Part shown: one piece after another, positions 1 to 9,996 of the stretch
How positions within the stretch are numbered: position 1 is the first letter of the stretch
Layout: each line of letters starts with the position of its first letter
Source: a virus
Strand: one strand, 5' to 3'
DNA length: 64,000 nt
Virus record (IMG/VR): IMGVR_UViG_3300037225_001468
Coordinates: 32,001-96,000 of that record
Notes under the pieces: generated by a model
Databases searched by the model: none
The model's input: only the letters and a program-made list of their open reading frames with translations
What the model was told of the DNA's origin: nothing
Translations under genes and position numbers: made by a program

Positions 1-7
1 TGAGTCT

Positions 8-1216
8 ATGACTCATATTATTATGACTGGCCCATATTTGGTTACAACTCCAACGTTGGAAGATTCTATTTCTGTTTTAGATTTTCCTTATCCAAATAGT
101 GATGAAATAAGTTGTGCATTAAATTCATTGGTTTCTGCCATAAAAAAGCAAGGAAAACTTCCTAATTTAGAAAAAGAGACAGAAGAGCATAAAGATGAGA
201 TTATAAAGGCAGCAAATGGTTTAACTTTAAATGAAGCTCAGATGGCTTTTTCCAAATCTGTAGTTATGAATAAAACTTTTAGTATACCAGTTATCTTAAA
301 AGAAAAACAACAAATCATAAGGAAGAAAGGCATATTAGAATTCTTTGAACCTAAAGTGTCTATGAAAGACATTGGAGGATTAAAGCATTTAGTAAATTGG
401 TTAGAAAGAAGAAAACTATCTTTTCATTCTGATGCTAAAAAGTATGGATTGCCTTCTTTAAGAGGAATTATGCTCCTTGGTGGAGCGGGAACGGGAAAAA
501 GTTTAACCTGTAAGGCTATAGCTGGTTTGTATCAACTACCATTGTTGAGATTAGATTTTGGAAAATTATTTGGATCACTAGTAGGACAGTCGGAAGCTAC
601 AGTTAGAGATATGATACGTCTAGCTGAAAATATTTCACCTGCCGTTCTATGGATTGACGAGATCGAAAAAGGTCTTTCTGGATCAAGATCAAGCGGGCAA
701 ACGGATGGGGGAACAACTAGTAGGGTTGTATCTACATTTTTAACTTGGTTACAGGAAAAAGAAGCTCCAGTTTTTGTTGTATGCACAGCAAATGATTATT
801 CTACAATTCCTCCTGAATTTATGCGAGCAGGTCGTCTCGATGAAGTTTTTTTCGTCGATTTACCTACAAAGACTGAACGTAAAGATATATATAAAGTTTT
901 ATTTAAAAAACACAATAGAGATCCGTTAAAGTTTGACATAGATTCTCTTGCTTCTGTTACTGAGAACTATAGTGGAGCAGAAATTGAAAAATCTATAGTT
1001 TCAGCTTTGTTTGAGGGATTTAGTGATAATAAAAGAGAAATTACAACAAAAGATGTCTCTATGGCAGTAAAATCTTTTAAGCCTTTATATGATATTAGAC
1101 AGGAAGAATTTGATGAAATGAGGGATTGGGCAAAGGGTAGATGTGTTATGGCAAATTCTGACGAAGAAGATGTATCAGCAACGAAGGAAAAGGAATATAA
1201 GAATTTAGATTTATGA
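8..1216 (+). CDS. Ycf46-like AAA+ ATPase (frame open to the window edge, probably 5'-truncated)
   Basis: DIGGL, Walker A GGAGTGKS, GQSE, Walker B LWIDEIEK, TAN sensor, PPEFMRAGRLDEVFFVDLP, YSGAEIE. Confidence 0.9.
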   Translation: MTHIIMTGPYLVTTPTLEDSISVLDFPYPNSDEISCALNSLVSAIKKQGKLPNLEKETEEHKDEIIKAANGLTLNEAQMAFSKSVVMNKTFSIPVILKEKQQIIRKKGILEFFEPKVSMKDIGGLKHLVNWLERRKLSFHSDAKKYGLPSLRGIMLLGGAGTGKSLTCKAIAGLYQLPLLRLDFGKLFGSLVGQSEATVRDMIRLAENISPAVLWIDEIEKGLSGSRSSGQTDGGTTSRVVSTFLTWLQEKEAPVFVVCTANDYSTIPPEFMRAGRLDEVFFVDLPTKTERKDIYKVLFKKHNRDPLKFDIDSLASVTENYSGAEIEKSIVSALFEGFSDNKREITTKDVSMAVKSFKPLYDIRQEEFDEMRDWAKGRCVMANSDEEDVSATKEKEYKNLDL

Positions 1217-2019
1217 AAAATATAACTTTATTAAAAAATAAATTTGAGAAAGAGAATGCTCAAAAATACTGTAATGTTTCTGATGTAAATAAGTGTCCAG
1301 ACCCTAAAAAAGAATGCACTTGTGCAATAGCAGCAGAGACAAAAGCATATTTACATACTATTATACCTGAGCCTTTTTATAAATATTCTATTAATGATTT
1401 TGATGGAAGATCAAAAGATGATAGTGAAGAACTTATTGACGCAAGAATAGCTTTGGCTGCTAAGAAAAAAGTTATAGAATATTGTTGGGAAAGTGTTTCT
1501 ATAGAAAATATTGGCAGTATTAGTTCAATAGAGTTAGATAAAAAATCTATTATTTGTAAAAGAAAAGATGAATGTTCTAATGTTGTTATACATGCTGGAT
1601 TTTCTTCTGGTGATGATATCCGTAAGGGGATATTTTGTCCAAGAGGGAAAACCCTCATAGCTTCTATTATTATGAAAGAAGCCATAAACAGCAGGACAAG
1701 GGGAGGAATATATTCTTCTCAAACATTTGATTGGATAGAATTTCCCATATTAGAAAATATGATTAAAAATAAAGAGGACATATCTGTTTCAGACATAAGA
1801 TCTGCTGATTGGCTTGTTGTAGATGATATTCCTTATAGTAAATATTATGCCAAAAATCTTTTAGATCCTTTTTTCCTTGAAAGGTTAAGTGATGGGCTCC
1901 CTTCTATATTTGTTTTTAAATTTGATGTAAAAAAAATAATAGAAGAAGATATTCTTGGGGTTGCTATATCTAAAGTTATACATGATCCTAAAACATTTTT
2001 TATTAAGTTGTCAAGTTAA
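1213..2019 (+). CDS. DnaC/IstB-like helicase loader ATPase, divergent
   Basis: N-terminal Cys cluster (CxC), IPEPF, P-loop remnant RGKT, Walker B WLVVDD; directly upstream of dnaB. Confidence 0.6.
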   Translation: MKNITLLKNKFEKENAQKYCNVSDVNKCPDPKKECTCAIAAETKAYLHTIIPEPFYKYSINDFDGRSKDDSEELIDARIALAAKKKVIEYCWESVSIENIGSISSIELDKKSIICKRKDECSNVVIHAGFSSGDDIRKGIFCPRGKTLIASIIMKEAINSRTRGGIYSSQTFDWIEFPILENMIKNKEDISVSDIRSADWLVVDDIPYSKYYAKNLLDPFFLERLSDGLPSIFVFKFDVKKIIEEDILGVAISKVIHDPKTFFIKLSS

Positions 2020-2020
2020 T

Positions 2021-3532
2021 ATGATTGATAGAAAACAAAAAATTAGTATTGAAAAAGAATTTATTAGTTTATTATTAAAATATAAAGATTTAGTTTCTGA
2101 ATGGAGAGAGACTGGCCCTGATAGGATTTTTTTTGATAATAATCATAAATACATATTAGAAGCGATTATAGAATCTTTTAATAACGATGTTCTTTTAACA
2201 AGAAAAACATTTGAAAGTTTTTTAGAGAAAAGAATATCCGTTAAAAGTGATATAGTTGCTCAAGGATATTTATATTTATCAACTAATTCTATTCCTGTTA
2301 AAAGAGATGATTTTCCAAATCTTAAAGATAAAATAACAGAAGCTTTTTTGTCAAAAAAAGCAATATCAGCTATAGAAGAATTTAGAGATATTTTTTCTAA
2401 AAAGGGAGCCGGCGTAGCTACTAAAAGTCTTTTAGAAAAATTAAAAAATTTAGTAGATGACACAAAAGAAACAAAACAGATATACTATGAATCAATAACT
2501 GATTATTCTGAAGAATATTACGAAAAACTTGTTGAAAAAAGAAATAGAGGGGCAGATGTTGACGTAATAAGATCTCATATTAAGGAAATAGATGAAGCTA
2601 TGGTTGTTGGTTTCGCTCCTGGAACATTAACTTTATTTTGTGGAGACGTTGGAGGATTCAAATCGGCCCAGATGTTAAATGTCGGATCAAATATTTGGCA
2701 GTTTTCTAAAAAGAATGTATTGTTTGTTCCCCTTGAAATGCCAAGGGAAAAAATGTTTCAAAAATTTGTTTCAAGATTTTTGAAGATACCATTTGATAGA
2801 ATAGAACATCCAACTCTTCTTACGGAAGATGAATTAAAAAAAATAGGAACTATAGGTAAATCTATTTTAGATATAGATATTAAAAATAATTCAAAGTTTT
2901 TTATAATGGAGGCTCCTGATCAAATTAAAGTATCAGTTATAAGGAGAGAAATAGAAAAACATATTGATATCTTTAAGCCTAATGTTGTTATAATAGATTA
3001 TATTGCCAATTTAGTGCCTGATGGTAATGATAGAAATGATCTAGAAATAGGATATATGTTAAAGGCTTTGAGGACAATGGGGAAACCTGGAGGAATGACT
3101 CATGATGGATTCGCTATTGTTTCTGGAGCTCAAATAGGAAGAGAAGCATTAAAAAGGATAAGAAGAAGCGCGGCTAATAAAATGGCTTTTTATTCTGAAG
3201 ATTTAAGGGGATCTCATGAATATTCTGCTGATGCTGATAATATTTTTGCACAAATGGAAGATCCTCAACAACCTCAAAGTCGGTTAAATATATATGTCAT
3301 TAAGGCTAGATATGGAAAGAAGATTTTCAATAACGGATCAATTAAAGCATCTTTAGAAGTAAAACCTGAAATAAGTTTAATTCAAAGTGTTAATGATTCT
3401 TTTTATAAAGTTAAGCATGAAGAGATAATGAACAAAATAAATAGTTCTAATGATTTGAATTTTGAAGAAAATAAGACTACAGAAAAATCTATTACTAATG
3501 ATGTTGAACTTGATAAAATACTAGGACTGTAA
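2021..3532 (+). CDS. dnaB: DnaB-like replicative helicase (ATG 2021 preferred over TTG 1955)
   Basis: Walker A-like GDVGGFKS, VLFVPLEMP, VVIIDY, AQIGR, DLRGS...DAD, IKARYG. Confidence 0.85.
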   Translation: MIDRKQKISIEKEFISLLLKYKDLVSEWRETGPDRIFFDNNHKYILEAIIESFNNDVLLTRKTFESFLEKRISVKSDIVAQGYLYLSTNSIPVKRDDFPNLKDKITEAFLSKKAISAIEEFRDIFSKKGAGVATKSLLEKLKNLVDDTKETKQIYYESITDYSEEYYEKLVEKRNRGADVDVIRSHIKEIDEAMVVGFAPGTLTLFCGDVGGFKSAQMLNVGSNIWQFSKKNVLFVPLEMPREKMFQKFVSRFLKIPFDRIEHPTLLTEDELKKIGTIGKSILDIDIKNNSKFFIMEAPDQIKVSVIRREIEKHIDIFKPNVVIIDYIANLVPDGNDRNDLEIGYMLKALRTMGKPGGMTHDGFAIVSGAQIGREALKRIRRSAANKMAFYSEDLRGSHEYSADADNIFAQMEDPQQPQSRLNIYVIKARYGKKIFNNGSIKASLEVKPEISLIQSVNDSFYKVKHEEIMNKINSSNDLNFEENKTTEKSITNDVELDKILGL

Positions 3533-4200
3533 TGGCGGAAAAAATTAGTAAATTTGTTGTTGATACTATTTGTTCAAAATATTCTATTGAAGATTTTCTG
3601 TCTTCTATTGGTATAGAATTAAAATATAAATATGAAGACAAACTAATATATATATGTCCTTTACATAAAGATAGTAAACCTTCTTTTGTTGTATATACGA
3701 GTGGGGAGTTCCAAACTTATTATTGCTTTGGATGTCAATCTACTGGAAATATAATTTCATTATACTCTAAAGTAAAAAATATATCTTTTACGGAAACAAT
3801 AAATCAATTAGGTGGATATAATGTTTCTAATAAAGATGAAATAAATTTTATAGTTGATTATCTTAAAAAAAAAGAAGAAAATAGTAAAGACAAAAAAGAT
3901 AATGAAGATATATTTTCTAATATATCGTTAAACATAAGTAGAGTATGTTATGATTTTTTAATAAGAGTCAATTTTGATATAGAAGAACAAAATATTTTAG
4001 AAAAATTATATAAAAAAATAGATAATTATATTTTATTGGAGAACATAAAAGGTTTATTAGAATTATATTTTATTATTATTGGAGAAAATAAATATGATAA
4101 AAATATTTTAATGGAAAGAGAAAAGATATACGAAGACAGAAAGAATAAAATAGATACAGAATATGATGAAGTTTATAAAGAACTGGGTATAACATTATGA
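3532..4200 (+). CDS. Stand-alone DnaG-type CHC2 zinc-finger protein (primase zinc-binding domain, no TOPRIM)
   Basis: CPLHKDSKPSFVVY...YYCFGCQSTGNIISL. Confidence 0.85.
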   Translation: MAEKISKFVVDTICSKYSIEDFLSSIGIELKYKYEDKLIYICPLHKDSKPSFVVYTSGEFQTYYCFGCQSTGNIISLYSKVKNISFTETINQLGGYNVSNKDEINFIVDYLKKKEENSKDKKDNEDIFSNISLNISRVCYDFLIRVNFDIEEQNILEKLYKKIDNYILLENIKGLLELYFIIIGENKYDKNILMEREKIYEDRKNKIDTEYDEVYKELGITL

Positions 4201-5069
4201 ATGATAAAAATGATTTCATAGATAAAATTATATGTGAAGACAATTTATCTGTTTTAAAAAGAATGCCTGATTCTTTTGTTGATCTTATATTCACTTCTCC
4301 TGTTTATAACGTAAATATAAAATATTTAAGTCATGATGATTGTATGCCGTATGATGTTTATCTTAATTGGCTTAAAGATAGGTTTATTGAGTGTAAGAGA
4401 GTATTAAAGCCAGGTGGAAGATTGGCTATTAATATTGACGCTATGACAAATAGACAATCAGATAAAGAAAAAGAATATGTTAGACCTATTTATGCTGATT
4501 TGGTAAACATGATGAAAAGTAAGGAAATAGATCTTAACTTTAGAACTGAAATATGTTGGTATAAACAGAATGCGGTAGGAAAAAAGACTGGGTGGGGTAG
4601 TTTTTGTTCTTCTAGCAACCCAGTTATACGACGAAATCATGAATATATTTTAGTTTGGTCAAAAGATCAATGGAAATTAGAGGGAGATAGTGAACAATCG
4701 GATATGACATTTGAAGAGTTTAATGAATATACTTTTTCTACATGGTTTATTCAGCCAGAAACAAGGAAATTGGGAGGTCATCCAGTCCCATTTCCATGCG
4801 AATTAGCAAAAAGAGTTATTAAACTATTTACTTATAGAGACAATATAGTTATGGATATTTTCTCTGGATCAGGGACAACCTGTTATGTAGCTAAACAATT
4901 TAATAGAAAATATATTGGAATAGATATTGATAAGCAGTATTGTGAGTTTGCTAATAATAGAATAAAACAGTTTGAAGACGATATAATGAGTGAAGAAAAA
5001 TATATTATTAGATCTGAAAGATTAAAAAAAAGTAAAATATTAGATAAAGAAATGGAAAATTTGTTATGA
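4197..5069 (+). CDS. Site-specific DNA N4-cytosine/N6-adenine methyltransferase (beta class)
   Basis: VDLIFTSPVY (motif IV variant), RVLKPGG, HPVPFP, DIFSGSGTT (motif I), YIGIDI. Confidence 0.9.
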   Translation: MNDKNDFIDKIICEDNLSVLKRMPDSFVDLIFTSPVYNVNIKYLSHDDCMPYDVYLNWLKDRFIECKRVLKPGGRLAINIDAMTNRQSDKEKEYVRPIYADLVNMMKSKEIDLNFRTEICWYKQNAVGKKTGWGSFCSSSNPVIRRNHEYILVWSKDQWKLEGDSEQSDMTFEEFNEYTFSTWFIQPETRKLGGHPVPFPCELAKRVIKLFTYRDNIVMDIFSGSGTTCYVAKQFNRKYIGIDIDKQYCEFANNRIKQFEDDIMSEEKYIIRSERLKKSKILDKEMENLL

Positions 5070-5485
5070 TCCTTCCAGATAATGATTTAGTTTTTGAAAT
5101 AGAGTTTGATGACATAACTATGTTAGAGTCAGAAGGAAACTTTTTTGAAGTTGAAAAAATAATGGAAAAAGAAATGTTTGGAGGAAAAGAGTGGATGATA
5201 GAAACTAATGTTATGATAAATAACCCTTATGGATCATCAGAAATGAACTTACATTTTTTTTCTAATAAAGATGTTTTTATAATGAGTTTTGCTACAACAT
5301 CTAAAGAGGATGTTTTTTATAATCCAGATATAAGGTGTGTTTCTATGTGGGCTCAAGAAAATGGATGGAATATACCACAACCGAGTCCAGATTTAATTGG
5401 AGATAATTTAAATTTTTGGAAACATTTTTGGGAAACAGGTCTTATTAATTCTAAATATTTAGATAAAAAATATGGAAAGAAATAA
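5066..5485 (+). CDS. hypothetical protein
   Basis: ORF with ATGA overlap to the upstream gene. Confidence 0.7.
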   Translation: MILPDNDLVFEIEFDDITMLESEGNFFEVEKIMEKEMFGGKEWMIETNVMINNPYGSSEMNLHFFSNKDVFIMSFATTSKEDVFYNPDIRCVSMWAQENGWNIPQPSPDLIGDNLNFWKHFWETGLINSKYLDKKYGKK

Positions 5486-5709
5486 TGTTTCGAACATGTA
5501 AATATTGTTATATAAAAGAAAAAATGATTTTTGATAATTCTTTGCTTGAGTATGAAAACTTATTTGGATTTTTGTGTAAAAATTGTGGTATGTTTAATGA
5601 ACCAGTTGCGGATTTGCCTATAGTAGAATATAATAAGAAAGTTAAAGAGAGATTTTTAGAAACAATAAGAGAAAAAATGAGGAGAAAATTTAATGCCAAT
5701 AAATTCTGA
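5485..5709 (+). CDS. small zinc-ribbon protein
   Basis: CKYC...CKNC; TAATG coupling. Confidence 0.6.
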   Translation: MFRTCKYCYIKEKMIFDNSLLEYENLFGFLCKNCGMFNEPVADLPIVEYNKKVKERFLETIREKMRRKFNANKF

Positions 5710-6220
5710 TAAGTCGAAAATTACTTTAGATTTTGAGTATGAAAACGAAAAAATAAAATACTTAGTGAAATATCATCATACTGATGATTTCGGTCCCACT
5801 GTCTCTTTGTCTGAAGAAGGAACTAATTCTGTTAGTTTTCCTGCTGAAATGTTTTCTGAGATAACTGACTTTTTAAGAGAACAAAAACACTTGCGATATC
5901 CTAAAATAGAAGTAAGGCAAAAAGAAACAGTAGAAAAAACTTTACCAATTCCGGAAATACAAATAGAAGAAGATGATAAGAAAATAGACATGATAAACGA
6001 AGATAGCAAGGGAGAAATTAAGGAATTTGAAAGTTTTGATATTGAGACTAAAACAGTCAAAGAGCAAGAAGAAATAAACACGCAAGTTAAAAAACAACCT
6101 ATTAATATTGAAGCAAAAGAAGTAGATTCTAAAGAATTTATAGAAGAACGAAGAAATGCTGCTGAAAAAGCTAAATTATCTCAAAAAAAGATTAAGAGAT
6201 TAGATAATATAGAGGAATAA
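5693..6220 (+). CDS. hypothetical protein, charged C-terminal half
   Basis: ORF in operon; GAGGAG upstream. Confidence 0.7.
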   Translation: MPINSDKSKITLDFEYENEKIKYLVKYHHTDDFGPTVSLSEEGTNSVSFPAEMFSEITDFLREQKHLRYPKIEVRQKETVEKTLPIPEIQIEEDDKKIDMINEDSKGEIKEFESFDIETKTVKEQEEINTQVKKQPINIEAKEVDSKEFIEERRNAAEKAKLSQKKIKRLDNIEE

Positions 6221-6223
6221 AAA

Positions 6224-6466
6224 ATGGAATATCCCTGTAAGCTAGTTCCGGTATTAAAAGTTTTATCAACTCCAAAAGGACTTTTTGAGCCTTTATGTAA
6301 TAGTTGTAAAACTAAAGATTGCACTAATCCGGTGGAGGAAAGAGAGATTAGTATATTAGGAGTAAATAAAAAGTTTAGAATGTATATGCGTGGAGATGAC
6401 CCATGTTTTGTAATTCAATGTAATGAAGGATATACTACAGATGATAATGAAGAAGATGACATTTGA
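6224..6466 (+). CDS. small Cys-rich hypothetical protein
   Basis: CNSC...C...C...C; GAGGA SD upstream. Confidence 0.65.
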   Translation: MEYPCKLVPVLKVLSTPKGLFEPLCNSCKTKDCTNPVEEREISILGVNKKFRMYMRGDDPCFVIQCNEGYTTDDNEEDDI

Positions 6467-7250
6467 TGAATATCAACAAATAAATAACGATATAAATGCT
6501 AAATACAAACAAAATGCTCAATTATTAAAAGATAATATTGAGAAGATAAGTAAACGCAAAGATACTAAAACAATAGTTTATCCTGAATTAAAAGAAGCAT
6601 TTGACTTTGTTGATTCTGTTTTTCCTAAATCTAATGTTAAAGAAGTTAAAGTTCTTGTTTGTGATAGAAAATTTCTTGAAGATTTAGGATATAAGGGGAT
6701 TGGCGGATTTTTTGAAAGAGTTATGAAGACTGTTGTTATACCTGATAATTTAAATTTCTCTTCTAATAAAAAAACAGATAAAAAAACAGATATAAAAATA
6801 TGTGCTAAATTAACTACTGATGAAGTCCTCGTTCATGAACTTTTTCATTATGTTTCTGATACATTTAATAAAAAGATTAGTTCTATAGAAATGGAAGAAG
6901 AATTTGCTTATGGAAATTCTATAGCATATTTAAAGAAAAAAGGTTATTCTGAAGAACAAATTATAAATGATAAATTTATGCCGTTTTTATATAATTCTAT
7001 TGATAAAAATAAAATAGTTAAAAAAGTTTTAATAGATAAAGATTATGATATTAAAGAGTTTTCTACTAAATCTACCAAATATCAAAAAGATATTATAAAC
7101 AAATATAAAAAACAAATAATTGAAGAAACAAAAAAAGAAGCATTCAAAAAGGGTCAAGAAATAATAGAAATATATAAACCTTTTACTACTCAAGAAATAA
7201 AAATAGAAGACGGTTCAAAAAGATTTGATTTAATTGATTTTGGAGATTAA
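6423..7250 (+). CDS. putative zinc metallopeptidase (true start perhaps near 6456)
   Basis: GIGGFF, LVHELFH (HExxH), downstream EEEFAY. Confidence 0.6.
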   Translation: MKDILQMIMKKMTFDEYQQINNDINAKYKQNAQLLKDNIEKISKRKDTKTIVYPELKEAFDFVDSVFPKSNVKEVKVLVCDRKFLEDLGYKGIGGFFERVMKTVVIPDNLNFSSNKKTDKKTDIKICAKLTTDEVLVHELFHYVSDTFNKKISSIEMEEEFAYGNSIAYLKKKGYSEEQIINDKFMPFLYNSIDKNKIVKKVLIDKDYDIKEFSTKSTKYQKDIINKYKKQIIEETKKEAFKKGQEIIEIYKPFTTQEIKIEDGSKRFDLIDFGD

Positions 7251-7252
7251 AA

Positions 7253-7531
7253 ATGCCAATATATCAATATAAAGGTAAAATAAATGGTAAAATATATGAG
7301 ATATCTCGTTCTATCTCTGAACGAGAAAAAGAATATATTGCTGAAGATGAAGAAGTGTGTGAATTTATTCCTTGGTATTTAGTAGAGAAAATAAAGTCTA
7401 ATCTTGGTATTATTGATAAAAATGCTGAGGCTTGGGAAAAAGATGCTGAGTATGTAAAGAAGTGTGCTCCAAAATATGTAAAGTATAGAGATGGACATCG
7501 GGAAAAATTTGACCCAACAAGACATTGTTGA
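7253..7531 (+). CDS. FmdB-like small protein lacking the usual zinc-ribbon cysteines
   Basis: MPIYQY N-terminus typical of FmdB-family proteins; GGAG SD. Confidence 0.45.
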   Translation: MPIYQYKGKINGKIYEISRSISEREKEYIAEDEEVCEFIPWYLVEKIKSNLGIIDKNAEAWEKDAEYVKKCAPKYVKYRDGHREKFDPTRHC

Positions 7532-7629
7532 AGAAAAATAAAAAGGCTGGCTGTGACTGAAGTGTCTCAAATTAGAGACCGGATTGATTTTGATGTTTTT
7601 AGAGAGAATATGTTAAAATTAGGAGATTC

Positions 7630-7980
7630 TTGTTGAGATATATTAGGCAACAAGTTGTAACTACTACAATATCTAATGAAGAACTTACTTCAAAAGATAT
7701 TATTTTATCTCTATGTAAAAAAATACAAGAGTCAAGTGTAGATGTCTCTATAGAATATAGAGATAAAAAAACTGATAGTGTAAAATCATACGCTAAAGCA
7801 AGAGTCACATCTGTTAAAGACAATTCTCTTAGCATAAGAGCATTTTTTGGTAAGAGTAATATAACTATTGAAGATATTGATTTTGAAAGTATTATCACTT
7901 TGAAACTGGTGACAGCAAAACATAATATAGTGTCTGGTAACCAAGAAATGTCTAAGTTTGACTTTCTTGATATTGAGTAA
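7630..7980 (+). CDS. hypothetical protein (possible Sm/WYL-like beta fold)
   Basis: AGGAG SD, TTG start; beta-rich pattern; ends KFDFLDIE. Confidence 0.6.
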   Translation: MLRYIRQQVVTTTISNEELTSKDIILSLCKKIQESSVDVSIEYRDKKTDSVKSYAKARVTSVKDNSLSIRAFFGKSNITIEDIDFESIITLKLVTAKHNIVSGNQEMSKFDFLDIE

Positions 7981-7987
7981 AAAATAT

Positions 7988-9400
7988 ATGAAGTTTAATA
8001 ATTGTGATTTTGTGCATACACATAGTCATACGGACTTCTCGCAATTTGACGGAATGTGTAATGTTAAAGAGTTTGCCCTAAAAGCAAGAGAGATGGGTTT
8101 TCCTGCTTTAGCGATTACTGATCATGGAAATATAGGTGGATGGATTAAGTTTATTAAAGAATGTTCTGCTACTAAAGATAAAAAAGATAATCCTATTCCT
8201 TTTAAGCCTATTAAACCCATTTTAGGCTGTGAATTTTATTTATGTCGTCATAGAGAGTATAAAAATAAAGAATTACAGCCAGATGGAAGAAAGGGTAATC
8301 GTCATTTAATTTTACACGCTAAGAACTGGAAGGGATATCAAAATCTTTGTTCATTATCTCAAGAGTCTTGGGTTGATGGATTTTATTCTAATCCAAGAAT
8401 AGATTTAGAGCTTCTTGAAAAATATCATGAAGGACTAATTTGTCAAACAGCATGTCTGTCAAGTATAGTTAATGCTAATCTTTTGGCTGGAAGATATGAT
8501 AAGGCAAAAAGAATATGTTCTATATTTAAGGATATGTTTAAGGAAGATCTGTTTTTAGAAGTTCAATATCATGGAATAGATTCTGAAAGAATAATAATTC
8601 CAGATATAATAAAACTTTCTAAAGAATTGAACCTATTAATGGTTTGCTCGAACGATTCTCACTATTTGGAAAAATCTCATGCCAAGTCTCATGAAGTATT
8701 ACTTTGTATGTCTTCGTCAAGATGCCTTAGTGATCCAAAGCATTTAAGTTTTCCGTATGATGAGTTTTATATGAAGAGTGCAGATGAAATGGGGAAAATG
8801 TTTGGAGATATTCCTCAATGTATTTATAACACTATTGCTTTGGCTGAGAGAATTAATTCTGATGATATAAATAAAAACCTATTTGGAGGCATGAGACTTC
8901 CCGATATTGATATCCCAAAAGAATTTGAAACAAATGTTAAATTTGAAGGGCAATACAATTATATTGTAAAATTAGCCCAAGACGGAATGAAAGCAAAAGG
9001 ATGGGATAAAAGTCAAAAACATATTGATCAATTAAATAAAGAACTAAATGATATTAGAGTTGCTTGGGAAAATAATGGTTATGACTTTGCTACTTATTTT
9101 CTTATAGAATATACTATTATCAATGAAGCAAAAAAGAGAGGGATATTAACGGGTCCGGGTCGTGGAAGTGGATTTGCTAGTGTTTTATTACACTGTTTGG
9201 GAATAGCTTATGGGTGCGATCCGATAAATTATGATTTAATTTGGGAAAGGTTCCTAGGTTTCGATCACAAAAAATTCATAAAAGAGTCTGACTTTGGATT
9301 TAAGGATGAGTCGTATGATATTGGTAATATACAAGATACTACAGAAGAAGAAAACGAAGAAATAAATCAGGTTCTTGAGGGAGATGAAGAAGAATTATGA
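7988..9400 (+). CDS. dnaE: DNA polymerase III alpha, N-terminal subunit (PHP domain plus start of palm)
   Basis: FVHTHSHTDFSQFDG, ALAITDHG, KPILGCE, NDSHY, GPGRGS, LIWERFL, then an acidic tail and stop. Confidence 0.92.
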   Translation: MKFNNCDFVHTHSHTDFSQFDGMCNVKEFALKAREMGFPALAITDHGNIGGWIKFIKECSATKDKKDNPIPFKPIKPILGCEFYLCRHREYKNKELQPDGRKGNRHLILHAKNWKGYQNLCSLSQESWVDGFYSNPRIDLELLEKYHEGLICQTACLSSIVNANLLAGRYDKAKRICSIFKDMFKEDLFLEVQYHGIDSERIIIPDIIKLSKELNLLMVCSNDSHYLEKSHAKSHEVLLCMSSSRCLSDPKHLSFPYDEFYMKSADEMGKMFGDIPQCIYNTIALAERINSDDINKNLFGGMRLPDIDIPKEFETNVKFEGQYNYIVKLAQDGMKAKGWDKSQKHIDQLNKELNDIRVAWENNGYDFATYFLIEYTIINEAKKRGILTGPGRGSGFASVLLHCLGIAYGCDPINYDLIWERFLGFDHKKFIKESDFGFKDESYDIGNIQDTTEEENEEINQVLEGDEEEL

Positions 9401-9416
9401 AAACAGGAAATATTTA

Positions 9417-9995
9417 ATGGACAATAGTGGAACACAAACTGGAACGCCCTATGATATCAAAAAGAGTAGAATGATATATTTAAGTGGGGACGTAAACGAA
9501 GAACAGTCTAAATCTGTTATTAAGGATATTTTAGAACTTGAAGTTTCCAATCCTCAATCTGATATTGTTTTGTATATAGATTCTCCCGGGGGTTATGTAG
9601 ACAGTTTTATAGCCATGCACGATTTTATGAAATTGTGCAGATGTGATATAGCTACCGTGTGTATGGGTAGGGCGATGAGTTGCGGTATGCTTTTGTTGAT
9701 TAGCGGGACCAAAGGAAAAAGGTTTATAACTCCTAACTCAAGAGTTTTAGTTCATGCTATATCTTCATGGAGTGGTGGTAATGTTCACCAGTTAGATAAT
9801 GATATAAAAGAAACAAAAAGACTACAGGAACTATTAGAAGGACTGATAAAAAGATATACTAATATGTCTTCTAAAAAAATAAAAGAATTGATGTCTAAGG
9901 ATTCATATTTAGATGCTAATTCCGCATTGAATTTTGGAATTGTTGATCATATAATATACAAGTCTTCTGATCTGCATTCTCACATAAGGGTATAA
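9417..9995 (+). CDS. clpP: ClpP serine protease proteolytic subunit (ORF track start 9375)
   Basis: RMIYLSG, LYIDSPGG, catalytic Ser in GRAMSCG, His in RVLVH, Asp in KDSYL, ALNFGIVD. Confidence 0.93.
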   Translation: MDNSGTQTGTPYDIKKSRMIYLSGDVNEEQSKSVIKDILELEVSNPQSDIVLYIDSPGGYVDSFIAMHDFMKLCRCDIATVCMGRAMSCGMLLLISGTKGKRFITPNSRVLVHAISSWSGGNVHQLDNDIKETKRLQELLEGLIKRYTNMSSKKIKELMSKDSYLDANSALNFGIVDHIIYKSSDLHSHIRV

Positions 9996-9996
9996 T

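Noticed and set aside
7532-7629. Small hairpin gtctc-aaatta-gagac (7564-7579) and a 27-codon GTG ORF in the gap
   Set aside because: A 5-bp stem without a U-tract and a very short ORF are both expected by chance
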